Of a DNA stretch of 64,000 nucleotides, positions 63,886 through 64,000 are shown piece after piece. The stretch is from assembly GCA_031282735.1 (NCBI GenBank), contig JAITDE010000018.1, forward strand, positions 30,057 to 94,056, written 5' to 3'. Each line of letters opens with the position of its first letter. The first letter of the stretch is position 1. Under the pieces are notes generated by a model. That model was not told where the DNA came from. It worked only from the letters and a program-made list of their open reading frames with translations, and made no database searches. Both the position numbers and the translations under genes were made by a program. The DNA comes from Oscillospiraceae bacterium. Its GTDB lineage: Bacteria; Bacillota; Clostridia; Oscillospirales; Acutalibacteraceae.

Positions 63886-64000
63886 ATGGAACAAGAATTG
63901 CAATTGATTGCGCAGAGGTTGAACAAAGCGCTTTACCGCAGAGGCGAGGAAACCATCAAGCTGTTTGACGACTGCATCGCCGCGCCCGATGTTTTGAGTG
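63886..64000 (+). CDS. 5' fragment of an unidentified gene (runs off the window)
   Basis: ATG 63886 lies 13 nt after AAGGAG. Open frame MEQELQLIAQRLNKALYRRGEETIKLFDDCIAAPDVLS... Confidence 0.4.
   Translation, partial: MEQELQLIAQRLNKALYRRGEETIKLFDDCIAAPDVLS

Overview
64-kb chromosomal window from a high-GC Firmicutes/Clostridia-like genome. The taxon is inferred from gene content: spoVD/spoVE-type dcw cluster, BclA-like collagen protein, rubrerythrin, glycyl radical enzyme. Almost all real genes are on the minus strand; one 10-gene plus-strand operon is the exception. Contents in order:

- **1-14.8 kb:** coaD-rsmD and a dcw cell-division/cell-wall cluster (mraZ-rsmH-ftsL-PBP-murE-mraY-ftsW/spoVE-murG-murA-ftsQ-ftsZ). 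The SEDS gene carries an in-frame TAG.
- **15-17.5 kb:** collagen-like BclA-type protein, tmRNA, smpB, tRNA-Arg(CCT), rubrerythrin.
- **17.6-21.2 kb:** orphan membrane protein, a visibly AT-richer islet with 42-nt direct repeats, tRNA-Trp(CCA).
- **21.3-29.3 kb:** translationally coupled 5-gene operon ending in a glycyl radical enzyme (GRE). It has no activase in the window. This is the best candidate for an undescribed pathway.
- **29.3-36 kb:** divergent 10-gene operon with an Fe/B12-type ABC importer, MetY, a small sulfite-reductase-like protein, TusA, thioredoxin, a ThiS-like carrier, ThiF-like E1 and a JAMM protease. This matches protein-thiocarboxylate homocysteine synthesis.
- **36-41 kb:** GLUG-repeat surface protein, orphan histidine kinase, DUF975 and YbjN-like genes.
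- **41-48 kb:** aldolase/aminotransferase pair plus oxidoreductase/TIM-barrel carbohydrate-type genes.
- **48.3-54.6 kb:** a ~2100-aa surface protein with duplicated N-terminal modules.
- **54.9-64 kb:** mnmG-mnmE, Na+/solute symporter, CNNM/CorC, mreB, feoA behind a 30-bp perfect palindrome, hpf.

A ~50-nt hairpin repeat family occurs 4 times and supplies the C-terminal codons and stop of two genes.

All calls come from reading the sequence and ORF translations. No database search was run. RNA ends and start codons are +/- a few nt.
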